From: Felis catus
Lineage: Eukaryota
Length of the DNA: 64,000 nt
Direction of reading: 5' to 3'
Assembly (NCBI RefSeq): GCF_018350175.1
Contig: NC_058368.1
Coordinates: 89,592,001 to 89,656,000 of the forward strand
In this document: piece after piece, positions 37,373 through 49,049 of the stretch
Layout: every line of letters begins with the position of its first letter
How positions within the stretch are numbered: position 1 is the first letter of the stretch
The notes under the pieces: model-generated
Databases searched by the model: none
What the model saw: only the letters and a program-made list of their open reading frames with translations
Told to the model about the DNA's origin: nothing
Made by a program: the position numbers and the translations under genes

Positions 37373-40188
37373 CCCTCCCTCTTTCCCTTTCTCTTTTGAT
37401 GAGTCTGGGTAGAAGCTATTAATTTTGTTGATCTTTTCAGAGAACAAGCTGTTGGTTTCATTGATTATTTATGCTCTAATCTTTATGATTTCCCTTTTGC
37501 TGGCTTTAGGCTTTGTTTGTTGTTCTTTTTATAGTTCATTAGGTGTAAGTTTAGATTTTTTATTTGACATTTGTCTTGCTTCTTTTTTCAACGTTTATTT
37601 ATTTTTGGGACAGAGAGAGACAGAGCATGAACGGGGGAGGGGCAGAGAGAGAGGGAGACACAGAATCGGAAACAGGCTCCAGGCTCCGAGCCATCAGCCC
37701 AGAGCCTGACGCGGGGCTCGAACTCACGGACCGCGAGATCGTGACCTGGCTGAAGTCGGACGCTTAACCGACTGCGCCACCCAGACGCCCCTTGTCTTGC
37801 TTCTTGAGGTAGGCCTGTATTGCTATTATTTTCCCTCTTAGAACCACTTTTGCTGTATCCCAAGGGTTTTGGACTACTATGTTTTCATTTTCATTTGTCT
37901 GCATGTATTTTTTGATTTCCTCTTTCATTTCTTCACTGAACTATTCATTGTTTAGTAGCATGTTATTTAAACTCCAAATATTTGTGCTCTTTCCAGAATT
38001 TTTTTTGTGGTTGATTTCTAATTTCATTGCATTGTGGTCAGAAAAGATGCATGGTATAATTTGATCTTTTTGAAATTGTTGAGACTTGTTTTGTGACTAA
38101 TATGTCATCTATTCTGGAGAATGTTTTGTGTGCTGGTGAAAAGAATGTGTATTGTGCTGTTATAGGATGAAATGCTCTGAATATATCTATTAAATCCGTA
38201 TAGTCTACTGTGTCATTCAAAGCCACCATTTCTTGGTTGATTTTCTGTCTGAATGATCTGTCCATCAATGTAAGTGGGGTATCCCCTACTATTATTGTGT
38301 TACTATCAGTTAGGTCCCTTATATTTGTCATTAACCATTTTATGTGTTTGGGTGCTGACATGTTGGGTGCATACATACTTACAATTGTTATGCCTTCTCT
38401 TTGGATTGTCTCCTTAATGATTATATAGTGTCCTTCTTTATCTCTTGTTACTGTCTTTGTTTTAAAGTCAATTTTTTCTCATATAAGTATTGCTACCCCT
38501 GCTTTTCTTTTCACATCCATTTGCATGATAAATGCTTCTGCATCCCTTCACTTTCAATATGCATGTGTTGTTAGGGTCTTACATGAGTCTCTTGTAGGCA
38601 ACATATAGATGGCTTTTATTATTATTTTTTATCCAGTCTATCACCCTATGTCTCTTAATTGGAGCATTTAGTACATTTACATTAAAAACAATTATAATAG
38701 GTATGTACTTATTGCCATCTTGTTATTTGTTTTGTGTTTCTTTTTGTGGCTTTTCTCTGTTCCTTTCTTTCCATGCTATCTTCTCTCACCATAAGTTTGC
38801 TGTCTTTAGTGACATACTTGGATGACTTTCTCTTCATTTTTTGCATATCTACTACTGGTTTTTGATTTGTGGTTACCATTAAGTGTGTATAACATCTTCT
38901 GCATACAGCAGTCTATCTTAAGTTGATGGTCACTTAAGTTTGAACCCATTCTTTACTCTTCTCCCCACGTTTTAGGTATATGGTGTCATAGTTTATGTCC
39001 TTTTATTTTGTGAGTCCCTTGACTGATATCCTTATTTTTACTCCTTTTATACTTCTTATTTTTCTAATTCTTACTTATGGCCTTTCCTTTATACTCAGAG
39101 TCCCCTTTAACATCCCTTTGCTGAGGGTTTTATCAAGAATGGGGGCGCCTGGGTGGCGCAGTCGGTTAAGCGTCCGACTTCAGCCAGGTCACGATCTCGC
39201 GGTCCGGGAGTTCGAGCCCCGCGTCAGGCTCTGGGCTGATGATGGCTCAGAGCCTGGAGCCTGTTTCCGATTCTGTGTCTCCCTCTCTCTCTGCCCCTCC
39301 CCCGTTCATGCTCTGTCTCTCTCTGTCCCCAAAATAAATAAACGTTGAAAAAAAAAAAAGAAAAATGAATTACTGGAACACGGCCAAGAACACTGCGCAT
39401 GATCTGTTCTTTAAAAAAAAAAAAAAAAAAAGAATGGATGCTGTACTTTGTCAAATGCTTTTTAACATATGTTTGCATCTATTGAGAGGATCATATGGTT
39501 CTTATCCTTTCATTTATTAATGTGGTATATCACATTGATTGATTTGTGAATATTGAACCAAACTTACAGCCAAGGAATAAGTCTCAGTTGATTGTGGTGA
39601 ATGATTCCTTTAATGTACTGTTGGATTTAATGTGTAGTAACTTGTTATGAGTTTTTGCATCCGTGTTCATCATGAATATTGGCCTATAATTCACTTTTTT
39701 AGTGGGGTCTTTGGTTTTGGAATCAAGGCAATTATGGCCTTGTAGAATGAGTTTGGAAGTTTTCCTGCCATTTCTATTTCTTAGAACAGTTTCAGAAGAA
39801 TACATTTTAACTCTTTTTTTTAATGTTTCATAGAAGTCCCCTAGGAAGCCATCCGGCCCTGTAATTTTTTTTGTTAGGAGATTTTTGATTTCTGATTCAA
39901 TTTCTTTGCTGGTTATCAGTCTGTTCAAATTTTGTTTCTTTCTGTTTCAGTTTTGGTGGTTTATATGTTCCTAGGAATTTATCCACTTCTTCCAGATTGC
40001 CCAATTTGATGACATAGAATTTTTCATAATATTCTCTTATAATTGTATTTCTGTTGGTTATGATTTCTCCTCTCTCACTAATGGTTTTATTATTTGGGTC
40101 CTTTCTCTTTTCTTTTTGATAAAGCTGGGGTTACCAATTTTATTAAGTCAAGGAACCAGCTCCTAGTCTCATTGACCTGTTCTACTTG

Positions 40189-40224
<36 letters not shown>

Positions 40225-40722
40225 CTTCTATATCATTTATTTTCAGCGAGGATCTGAGGGATTCTCAGATCACACCATCTGCTCCCAGCCCTCTCCTTGC
40301 CTTCTCCACTGGATCACTGTAGTGCCTGCCAGATTCAACACCAGCCAGGGTGTGGACCTCTAGAACTCCAGTCTTTGAGCTCTGCTAGTTGTAAAAACTC
40401 AAATAATCAGTCCCTCTCCTTTTCCCAGTAAATAGCCTTGGGGAAGTGTTTTCTTTGTGCAATCTCCTTTGTGCTGCTCTCTCTCCTCTGTGATCAGGGC
40501 TCCCTCTCCTCTGCAGCACCTGAGATCCTTTTGTTCCTCAAATCACATCTCTGCACCTCCTATCTTCCATGATGTAGTCTCTTCTCTCCCATTAATTGTG
40601 CAGTCTGCTCTCTCAGTCCTCAGATCTATTTGTTGGGTGTTCAGAATGATTTGATACTCATTTAGCTGTGTTCGAGGGACAAGGTAAGCATAGGGTCCTC
40701 CTACTACTCCATCATCTTAGCT
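35115..40722 (-). mobile_element. Composite antisense L1 block (ORF2 pieces, inter-ORF region, second ORF2 piece 39110-40235, 5' UTR 40240-40722) with young SINEs at 37581-37790 (-) and 39141-39431 (+)
   Basis: Minus-strand ORF2 peptides ([19 protein letters not shown]). L1 5'-terminal motif near 40700-40720. Confidence 0.85.
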
Positions 40723-40729
40723 CTTATCA

Positions 40730-43700
40730 TGAAGAAACTGATTTAAAAGGCATAAATTTACAAAATAATAATTATCAACCTGGGCTTATAACATATAAAC
40801 ATGCAATAGTCTCTCAGAGAGGAAAAATAATATATCTATGTTGGAGCAAAGTTTACGTTATTTACTGGAAATAAATTAGTATTAATCAATTAATTCATAT
40901 TAATCTGAGATATACTTCCTTTACATTTTATTTTGATATAATTTTATGTTTGCCAGCAAATTTGGGGGGAAGGTACAGGGAGTTTGTATGTACCCTTTAG
41001 TCAATTTCCCCCAATCACAATACCTGCATAACCATAGAACAACATAAAAACAAGAAAAATTACATTGGCACAATCTACAAAGTTTACTCATTTTTCATTA
41101 TTTTACATGTATTTATGTGTGTGTATTTCTATGCAATTCAATTACAATGTCTATGCAGATTTGTGTAACCACCACAATCAATATGCAGAACTAATCTATC
41201 ACCAAAAGCCTCCCTTGTGACATCTCTTCATAGCCATATATATCCACCCCATGCCTGACCCTTGTCAACTACTAATCTATTCTCTATTTCCATACTTTTA
41301 TTACTTCAAGAATGTTACATAAATGGAATCATATGCTATGTAACCTTTGGAGACTGACTTTATTCACTCATCATAATTCTCTTGAGGTCCATCTAAATAT
41401 CAATAGTTCATTTTTTTTAACATTTATTTATTTTTGAGAGACAGAGTGATCAGGGAGGGGTGGAGAGAAAGGGGAGACACTTAACTGACTGAGCCACCCA
41501 GGTGTTCCTCATTTATTTTTATTGCTGAATAGTATTTCATAGAATGATGTACATAGTTGTTTAACCATTCACCCATTGAAGGACTTTTGGGTAGTTTACA
41601 GTTTTGAGATATCAGGTATAAGGCTGCTATAAACATTGGTGAACATGTTTTCTCATGGAAATAAGTTTTCATTTCTTTGTGATAAATGGCCATGAGTACA
41701 ACTGCTCAGTCAAATGGTAAGTCCACTTTTGGTTTTCAAAGGAACTGCCAAACTGTTTTCTAGAGTGGCTGTATCATTTTGCATTTTGACTATCAATGTA
41801 TGAATGACCTAGCATCTTCACAGCACTTGATATCATCACTACTTATTTTAGCCATTCTCATAGGCATGTAGTAATAGCTCATTGTGGTTTTAATTTGCAT
41901 TTCCCTACCAGCTAATGGTGTTAAATATCTTTTCATGTATTTATTTGTCATCTGCATGTAAGGAGGTAGATATTTGAAAATTTAAGATGCATATTGTAAT
42001 TCTTAGAGAAACCACTATGAAAATAACTCAAAAATAGTAAAAATAAAGGGGGAAGAGAGGAGATTAAAATTATACACTAAAAAAAATCTATTTAGCACAA
42101 AGGTAGTAATGGAGCAACAGAGAAGCAAAAAACAAAAAACAAAAACCACACACGAGACAAATAGAAAATAAGTAGCAAAATGGAAAAAGTAAACCCAACC
42201 ATGGCAATAATTACAATAAATGTGAATAGATTAAAAAGTACAAATAAAAGAACAGAGACTGGATTTTAAATAGCAAGACCCATTATATGCTGGGCTATAA
42301 GAGATACAGCTTAGATTCAAGTATAAAAAACAAATTCAAATTAAAAGAATGGAAAAATATATTAATTGTAAACAGTATCCATAAGAGCTGGATTAACTGT
42401 AACAATATTTGGCAAAGCTAACTTTAAGTCTAAAAATATTACAAAAGAGAAAGAGGGACATTTCATAATGATAAAATGATCAATAATCAGGAAGCTATCA
42501 CAATTTAAAACTTATGTGCAGCTAACAACAGAGCTCCAACATCCACACAGCCAAAACTTACAGAATTGAAATGTAAAACAGACAATAAGACAATTATAGC
42601 TGAGTATTTTAAGCCTCCATTTTCAATAGCTGATAGAAAAATTAGACAGGAAATCAGCAAGAATAAAAAGACATTTTTTTAAATTTTTTTAACGTTTATT
42701 TATTGTTGAGAGATAGAGACAGAGCGTGAGGGGGAGAGGGACAGAGGGACACAGAATTGGAAGCAGGCTCCAGGCTCTGAGCTGTCAGCACAGAGACTCC
42801 AGGCTCTGAGCTGTCAGCACAGAGACGACACAGGGCTCGAACTCACAAACCATGAGCTGAAGTCAGACGCTCAACCGACTGAGCCAGCCAGGCTCCCCTA
42901 AAAGACTTATTTTTAAGTTTTGGACAACACTATCCAACAACTCAACTTGACATTGATTGAACACTCTGCCCCCAAACAGTAGAATATACCTTTTTTTAAA
43001 TACCTATGGAACATTTTCCAAAATAGAGCATATGGTTGGCCATAAAAAATGCCCCAACAAATTTAAAAGGATTGAAATCATTAAATGTAGGTTTAAGATC
43101 ACAGTGGAATAAAATTATAAATCAAAACCAGAAAGAAATGTGCAAAAATCCCCAAATATTTGGAAATTAAAGAACATACTTCTAAACTTAGGGTAAAAGA
43201 AAAAAATCATAATAGAAATTAGAACATATATTGAACTGAATGTCATCCAAACATAGTTTCAACATTATTCTAATGCCATTAAAAAGGCAAATTTATAGCT
43301 TAAAATGCCTAAATTACAGAAGAGAAAGGTCTCAAATCCCTAATCTTCCACCTTAAGAAACTTCTAAGAGAAGAGCAAACTAAACCCAAAGGAAGCAGAA
43401 AGAATTAAATAATAAAGATTAGAACCTAAATTAACAACAAAAATAGAAAACAGCAATAAAAACCACAAAAAATCAACACAATTAACAACGTTTAGACACA
43501 CTGACCAAAAACAAAGCAAGAATGAGAATGGGAGACATTTAGGTGGAGATACAGAGTAAAGTCACTAAGAAAATTAGAAATTGAAGACAGGGTATCATTT
43601 TCTACCTTACAAATATTAAGATTATAAGGAAATACAATGGACAATTTTATGCCAACACATTAGACAACTTACATGAAATGGGAAGATTCCCAGAAAGACA

Positions 43701-45330
43701 CCAGTTACTGAAACTGATTCAAGAAGAATTAGAAAACCTTAGTAGGCCTACAGCAAGATATTGAATTAGTAATTTTTAAATCTTCCCATAGAAACCCAGG
43801 CCCAGATGGCTCCATTGGTAAATCCTCCCAAACATTTCAAGAAGAAATTATACCAATCCTTCTACAAATTCTTCCAGATATATAGGAGGGAACCCTTTCA
43901 GCTCATTCTATGTGAGCAATATTACTCTGATATCAAAGCCAGACAAAAAGAGCACAAGAAAATAAAATTTCAGGCCAATATCTCTCATGGATACTCAAAC
44001 ACAGAATACTCAGACACAGAAGTACTCAACAAAATATAAGCAAACTGCACACCAAAAAGAGTGAGATTCACTGTTTGCAAATTAAAATCAACTAGATTGT
44101 TAGACTGTTAGGAGAACCCGAAATGGAATGCAGACTGTGAGAAATGAATCTAAGTGTGATACAAATGAATCACATAACCTCACTTAAAGGAAGCTGAAAG
44201 GAGCTGAACCAAGTGATTCTTAAAAGCAGTGCTGGGGCGCCTGGGTGGCTCAGTCGGTTAAGCGTCCGACTTCAGCCAGGTCACGATCTCGCGGTCCGTG
44301 AGTTCGAGCCCCGCGTCGGGCTCTGGGCTGATGGCTCGGAGCCTGGAGCCTGTTTCCGATTCTGTGTCTCCCTCTCTCTCTGCCCCTCCCCCGTTCATGC
44401 TCTGTCTCTCTCTGTCCCAAAAATAAATAAACGTTGGAAAAAAAAAAAAAAGCAGTGTTTTGGGGGCACCTGGATGGATCAGTTGGTTAAGAGTCTGACT
44501 TCAGCTCAGGTCGCGATCTCATGGTTGGTGGGTTTGAGCCCCGCATGCTGACAGGTATGAGCCTGGAACCTGCTTCAGAATCTGTGTCTGCCCCTTCCCT
44601 GCTCACACTCTGTCTCTCCCTCAAAAATAAATAATTAAAAAAATTAAAATTTTTTTATAAAACAGCACAATAATAATTGCTGTAGGCAAGATCCACTGAT
44701 GATGCAAAGTTCAAGGACAAACAATTTTTTGGTAGCATCAAAGTATGATTTCCCCCCTCAAATATTTATTACACAGGGAAAAATAACTATCCAATGGAGA
44801 ACTCTGGTATACATCACCTTAACTAGGTGATCAAGGCTAATATTTCCCATAGTAAGATATATGGATATTATGTACCCTTGAGGTGACGTGCTGAGAAGGG
44901 TACATCACCTAAGATTTTTCTTCAAAATCCTAACCTCAATGTTCTTATGAGAAAAAAGAGAAATCCAGATTGAGGGAAATTCTACAAAATACCTAACCAG
45001 TACTCTTCAGACATATCAAGGTTACACAAGATATTAAGACAGAGAGATGGTCAGTTGGGAGGAGACTCAGGAGACATGACAACTAAATCAAATTTGAGAT
45101 TCTGGACTGATACTGGGACAGAAAGAAAACTTTACTAGAAAAATTAGGAAAATCCAATTAAAGTCTGAAGTTTAGCTAATAGCATCATATCAGTGTCAGT
45201 TTCCTGGTTTCAACCATTGTTCTGTAAGATATTAACATTAGGAGAAGCTCAGTGAAGACTAGATGGGGATTCTCTGTAACTTTGTAACTGTCCTGTAAGT
45301 CTACAGTTGCATCCAATTTAAAAATTTTAA
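40730..45330. mobile_element. Old L1MC-like fragments in both orientations with SINEs (41411-41508 -, 42673-42898 -, 44233-44451 +, 44462-44650 +)
   Basis: Degenerate ORF2 (CCAGGCCCAGATGG, GAAATGGGAAGATTCC) and L1MC-like 3' UTR motifs. SINE TSD AAAAGCAGTG around 44233-44451. Confidence 0.75.
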
Positions 45331-45639
45331 AAAAGACTAAGTTGTCACAGCCATTTCATAACATACAGTAGGCATGATCAAGCCCAGAGTGATGTCAGGT
45401 GAGCCTGTGAGACACAAAAGAGGGAAAAGGCTGGTGCATGGGTTGCCACCTCATGGTCTCAAATACAAAAATCAGAAGTTAGTGTCTAGAGGCATAAAGT
45501 GGTGCTGCTTTCCCATCAGCTGAGCCACAGAAAACCTGACACAGTTAAGACCAGCTACTTGTACGAGTCAATTTTTCCTCCATTATGTTCAAAGAGAAAA
45601 GACATGGAACATTTGGCATAACAAAAAATCACACATGTA

Positions 45640-46040
45640 TTCAATATATATTATTATATGATACATATTGTATATTTTGTATATATTACACATATTATAT
45701 ACATTTTGTATGTACAAGAATTATTATATATATCACCTATATATACATATATTACATATGAATATAATGTATGCATATATTTTATATTAATTGTATGTTC
45801 TATTATTATGTATAATAATTATATATTATACATTATACACATGTCGTATGTTATATATACATATTATACATATGCATTACATATATATTATGTACATTAC
45901 AGATAGTAAATTATGTAATATATATAATACATCTAACAATACACATAATACATATTATATACATACATATTATATATGACTATATAAAACATATATAACA
46001 TATAAATATATACGACTATATATGTGTGTGACATATATAA
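45640..46040. repeat. AT-rich low-complexity tract (degenerate TA repeat)
   Basis: Direct reading. Confidence 0.9.
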
Positions 46041-46049
46041 CTTTGTTCA

Positions 46050-46055
46050 TTTATT
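46050..46055 (-). terminator. Candidate polyadenylation signal (AATAAA) for the retrogene
   Basis: TTTATT on the plus strand, about 600 nt downstream of the stop codon, within an L2-like 3'-end remnant. Confidence 0.4.
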
Positions 46056-46479
46056 GAATGTTTATGTGGTACCAAGTGTTCATATGTAGAAAGAGAAAGA
46101 CTGAAGGCTGTCTTGCCTGCTCCTGCCTGGAGAAAAACTGGTCCAAATCTTGTTCTTCGGTTGCAGGGATCACTGGGTGGGCCGGCCTAACAAGCTCCAG
46201 CCACCCAATTTCTAGGGACACATCAGGCAGAAAGACAATGGGAATGAAACATTGTCTCTATGGAGACAGCTAACCTACTTGATGGGGGTAGTTGGCCCAC
46301 AGGCACAGTGCCCTGGGCATAGCAGAACTTTGATGGTTTCCTACAATGCTCCTCCAAAGAACCAGTGAGGCCCTGCACAAAGTACTGGGGAATAAACCCT
46401 GGTGGACCAGGGAAAGGAGGACCCCTTTCTTATAGCCAAGCCAAGTAAGGCAAAGGTTTAGAGAGAACCAAGAAAAACA

Positions 46480-46660
46480 GCCCAAGGAGGTGCCCCTCCA
46501 TCCAACTATGGGAAGGCCACTGGGCCTGGGGAGTTCTGCATCTGCCAGAAGTCTTCTGCTGTGAATTAGTGCTGGGAGCTGGAGGAGGGAGTGCCTGCCA
46601 CAGGCGGGTATGGACAAGCAGGAAAGCTGAGGGGCGCTACAGTTGGAGATGGCCTCAGTC
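46480..46660 (-). pseudogene. Decayed 3' remnant of the POM121 retrocopy, now 3' UTR
   Basis: Shifted frames downstream of the stop give [16 protein letters not shown] and QMQNSPG. These resemble POM121 KSDAASNS, LAPSTNP and KMQ.P in the same order. Confidence 0.6.
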
Positions 46661-47881
46661 TTACCCTTCCCAGGCCTTGTTGATCCACTGGATTGCAGCT
46701 CTCTTCTCTAAGTCAAGGTCTTCAGCAGTGACTCGATAACCCACCTGGGGTGGTGGGAGCAGGATCAGTGAGTCATGTCGCCTAGAGGACAACAGCAGAG
46801 GAATCTTGCGCTTCTGGGGCCTGGAGCTGTCAGGCAGAGGTGAGCGATCCCTCAAACTCTGCTTCTGCCCAGAAGGTGCATCTGCAACATTTTCATGCTT
46901 GATCTTCCTTTGTGGTTCTACTGAGGCTGAAGAGCTAGAATGATAGCTTTCCTCACTGGCTTTCTTTGCGGCCACTTGGGGCTGGTATGAGGCTGGGCCT
47001 CGGATCCCAGCTGTGCCTGGGAAGCTCCTCGGCAGCGGTGGGAACCCTCGAGTGGAGCTGTAAGAACTGGTGATGGCATTGCGTTTGCTGCAGGAGCTCA
47101 AAAAGCAGGTGTGGGATTTCCTAATCAGGCTGTCTTCTAAGCTGGTAGAACAGAAGTCTCTCTTCAGAGGCCCCGGCCTGGGCACAAAGGAAGAGAGGAC
47201 TCCGTTGACCATCAGGCGCCTAAATGCTGACTGCATGCTCCCACTGCACTCGGCATCCCCTCTCATATCATCCTGCCTCTTGGGGACTGGGTGCCCTTCT
47301 CCAGGCTTTGCCAGCTCTTCCCTGCTCTCAACCAGGGAGGTCAGGTCTTTCTCTTCTTTGGCTTTCGCTTGACCATTCTCTTCGAGGGCCCTCATCAAGG
47401 TCTCCCTTCCACAAGGATTTGGGAGGTGACTAGACAGCGAAGACCACATACAGAGGACTGTCTCCTTCAGAGCCAAACGCAGCGTCAGCTTGCCCTTAGC
47501 AGATGCCATCTTCAGGATCACTGAAGTGCAGAACATCTTGGACCTGCAGGCAGACAGCACAGGCTTTGGATGGCGGGTGTGGGGCACTGAGGAAAAGACC
47601 CCCAGAAATAAACACCGGGCCTGCTGGATTGGATATTGCCGCAGATGGACTATGGCAAACCGCTGACGGTACCGACGACGACGGGGTGAAGCCACAAGAT
47701 TCTCGCATGACGGCCTGCGAGTTAGGTCCAGGGTCGGGGCCGCCGAGTGAACCCGGCAAGTCGGAGGAACACTGCGGGCTGGGTGCGCGGGCCCGAGGCT
47801 CTCAAGCGTCTCGGGCGGGTCCCCGCCTAGCAGAGAAGGGGACAGCGGCCGAGGGCGGGGCCGGCTCAGGTAACTGCCCAT
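46661..47881 (-). CDS. Intronless POM121-like (nuclear pore membrane protein 121 family) retrogene, 406 aa, lacking the TM anchor and FG-repeat region
   Basis: Uninterrupted ORF. The first in-frame ATG is at 47881 (MGSYLS...), with an in-frame TAA upstream at 47939-47941; the track ORF starts at a GTG at 47890. It carries colinear POM121-family motifs: [97 protein letters not shown]. Regions that are multi-exon in parental POM121 are contiguous here. Confidence 0.85.
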   Translation of the reverse strand: MGSYLSRPRPRPLSPSLLGGDPPETLESLGPAHPARSVPPTCRVHSAAPTLDLTRRPSCENLVASPRRRRYRQRFAIVHLRQYPIQQARCLFLGVFSSVPHTRHPKPVLSACRSKMFCTSVILKMASAKGKLTLRLALKETVLCMWSSLSSHLPNPCGRETLMRALEENGQAKAKEEKDLTSLVESREELAKPGEGHPVPKRQDDMRGDAECSGSMQSAFRRLMVNGVLSSFVPRPGPLKRDFCSTSLEDSLIRKSHTCFLSSCSKRNAITSSYSSTRGFPPLPRSFPGTAGIRGPASYQPQVAAKKASEESYHSSSSASVEPQRKIKHENVADAPSGQKQSLRDRSPLPDSSRPQKRKIPLLLSSRRHDSLILLPPPQVGYRVTAEDLDLEKRAAIQWINKAWEG

Positions 47882-48300
47882 GAGGAGCACTTCTGCAAGG
47901 TCGGGTCCTTCAAATGAAGTCAGTGGCTCAGGTTTCCGTTAGCTGCCAAAGGGGCCAGGCAAAGCGCACACTGTTGGGTGTGCCGCCTATGACGCGTCCT
48001 TGGAACGTGTGAACAAAGAAAGGGCCGCGCGAGTACTGCACGAGGGATGGGCACGCGCACCCAGGTCGCTTCCCAACCCCTGCTTCTCATCGAAGGCACG
48101 AAATAGACCAGCTCATTGCGGGCACAGCCGCCCTTCATCAGCCAGGCCCCAGTTCCTTTGGGGGTGGGGAAGGTGCAACACCATGGTTCCCAGAACCCAG
48201 GAACGGCTCCAGGCTCAGGAGTGCTCCCTCCAATCCGGAGATTCAGAGTCAATACCGGGGTCTACCTGTGCTTACTCTAGCCCCCCATACCCAAAGGTCA
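47600..48300 (-). promoter_or_regulatory. CpG-rich island over the 5' end of the POM121-like retrogene
   Basis: High CpG density relative to the flanks. TGACG (CRE half-site) at 47990-47994 and CCGTTA (MYB-type) at 47936-47941. Confidence 0.55.
47882..48130 (-). pseudogene. Decayed 5' remnant of the POM121 retrocopy (TM/juxtamembrane coding part), now 5' UTR or promoter
   Basis: One frame reads LVYFVP...RTRHRR...APLAANGNL and the main frame reads [17 protein letters not shown]. These resemble POM121 LLYLVP...KARHRR...STANGNLLEPRTLLEGPDPAELLLMGSYLG (recalled). A frameshift near 47930 separates the two frames. Confidence 0.65.
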
Positions 48301-48537
48301 AACCACTCAGAATCTGTGGTGCCTAGATCCTAAGGGATGGTACAACCACCTGAGTGTTCAGGAGGCGGGAGGACCCCAGGAGGGAACTGGCTAGGCGTGG
48401 GACACCAGAGTGGAGTCCCTAACCTACCCTCTTCCCTTTCCCTAGAACCTGACTTTCCAGCTACTCCTCCTTGTCTCTCCTTCCCCTTTCCTGGGAAGTA
48501 AGGATTCTAGACACATTTTATAAAATCAGAACTTGTA

Positions 48538-49030
48538 GGGGCACCTGACTGGCTCAGGTCATGATCTCACAGTTCCTGGGTTCAAGCCCCACCACTGGCT
48601 TTGTGCTGACAGCTCAGAGCCTAGAGCCTGCTTCGGATTCTGTCTCCCTCTCTCTCTGCTGCTTCCCCGCTCATGCTCTGTCTCTCGAAAATAAATAGAC
48701 GTTAAAAAAAAATTTGTTATGGGACACCTGGGTGGCTCAGTCGGTTGAGCCTCCGACTTAGGCTCAGGTCATGATCTCACAGTTTGTGGTTTGGAGCCCC
48801 ACATCAGGCTCTGTGCTGACATCTTGCTCAGAGCCTGGAGCCTGCTTCACATTCTGTGTCTCCTTCTCTCTCTGCTCCTCCCCCGCTCACGCTTTGTCTC
48901 ACTCTGTTTCTCAAAAATAAATAAATGTAAAAAAAATTTTTTTTTAAATTTTTTGTTTAAAAAAAAAATCAGAGGCACCTGGTTGGCTCAGTTGGTTAAG
49001 CATCCGACCTCACCTCAGGTCATGATCTCC
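48538..49030 (+). mobile_element. Tandem CAN-SINE cluster (48538-48712, 48721-48945, head only 48973-49030)
   Basis: Three consecutive SINE heads; two have complete tails. Confidence 0.9.
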
Positions 49031-49049
49031 ATTCTCACCATTGTTGGTT

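Noticed and set aside
44233..44320. tRNA-like A/B boxes (TGGCTCAGTCGG, GAGTTCGAGCCC)
   Set aside because: These are the tRNA-derived heads of SINEs, not tRNA genes.
45658..45979. Tyr/Ile-rich ORFs
   Set aside because: Translation of an AT-rich low-complexity repeat.
47070..48326. Plus-strand ORFs overlapping the POM121-like gene
   Set aside because: Antisense shadows of GC-rich coding sequence with no independent similarity.
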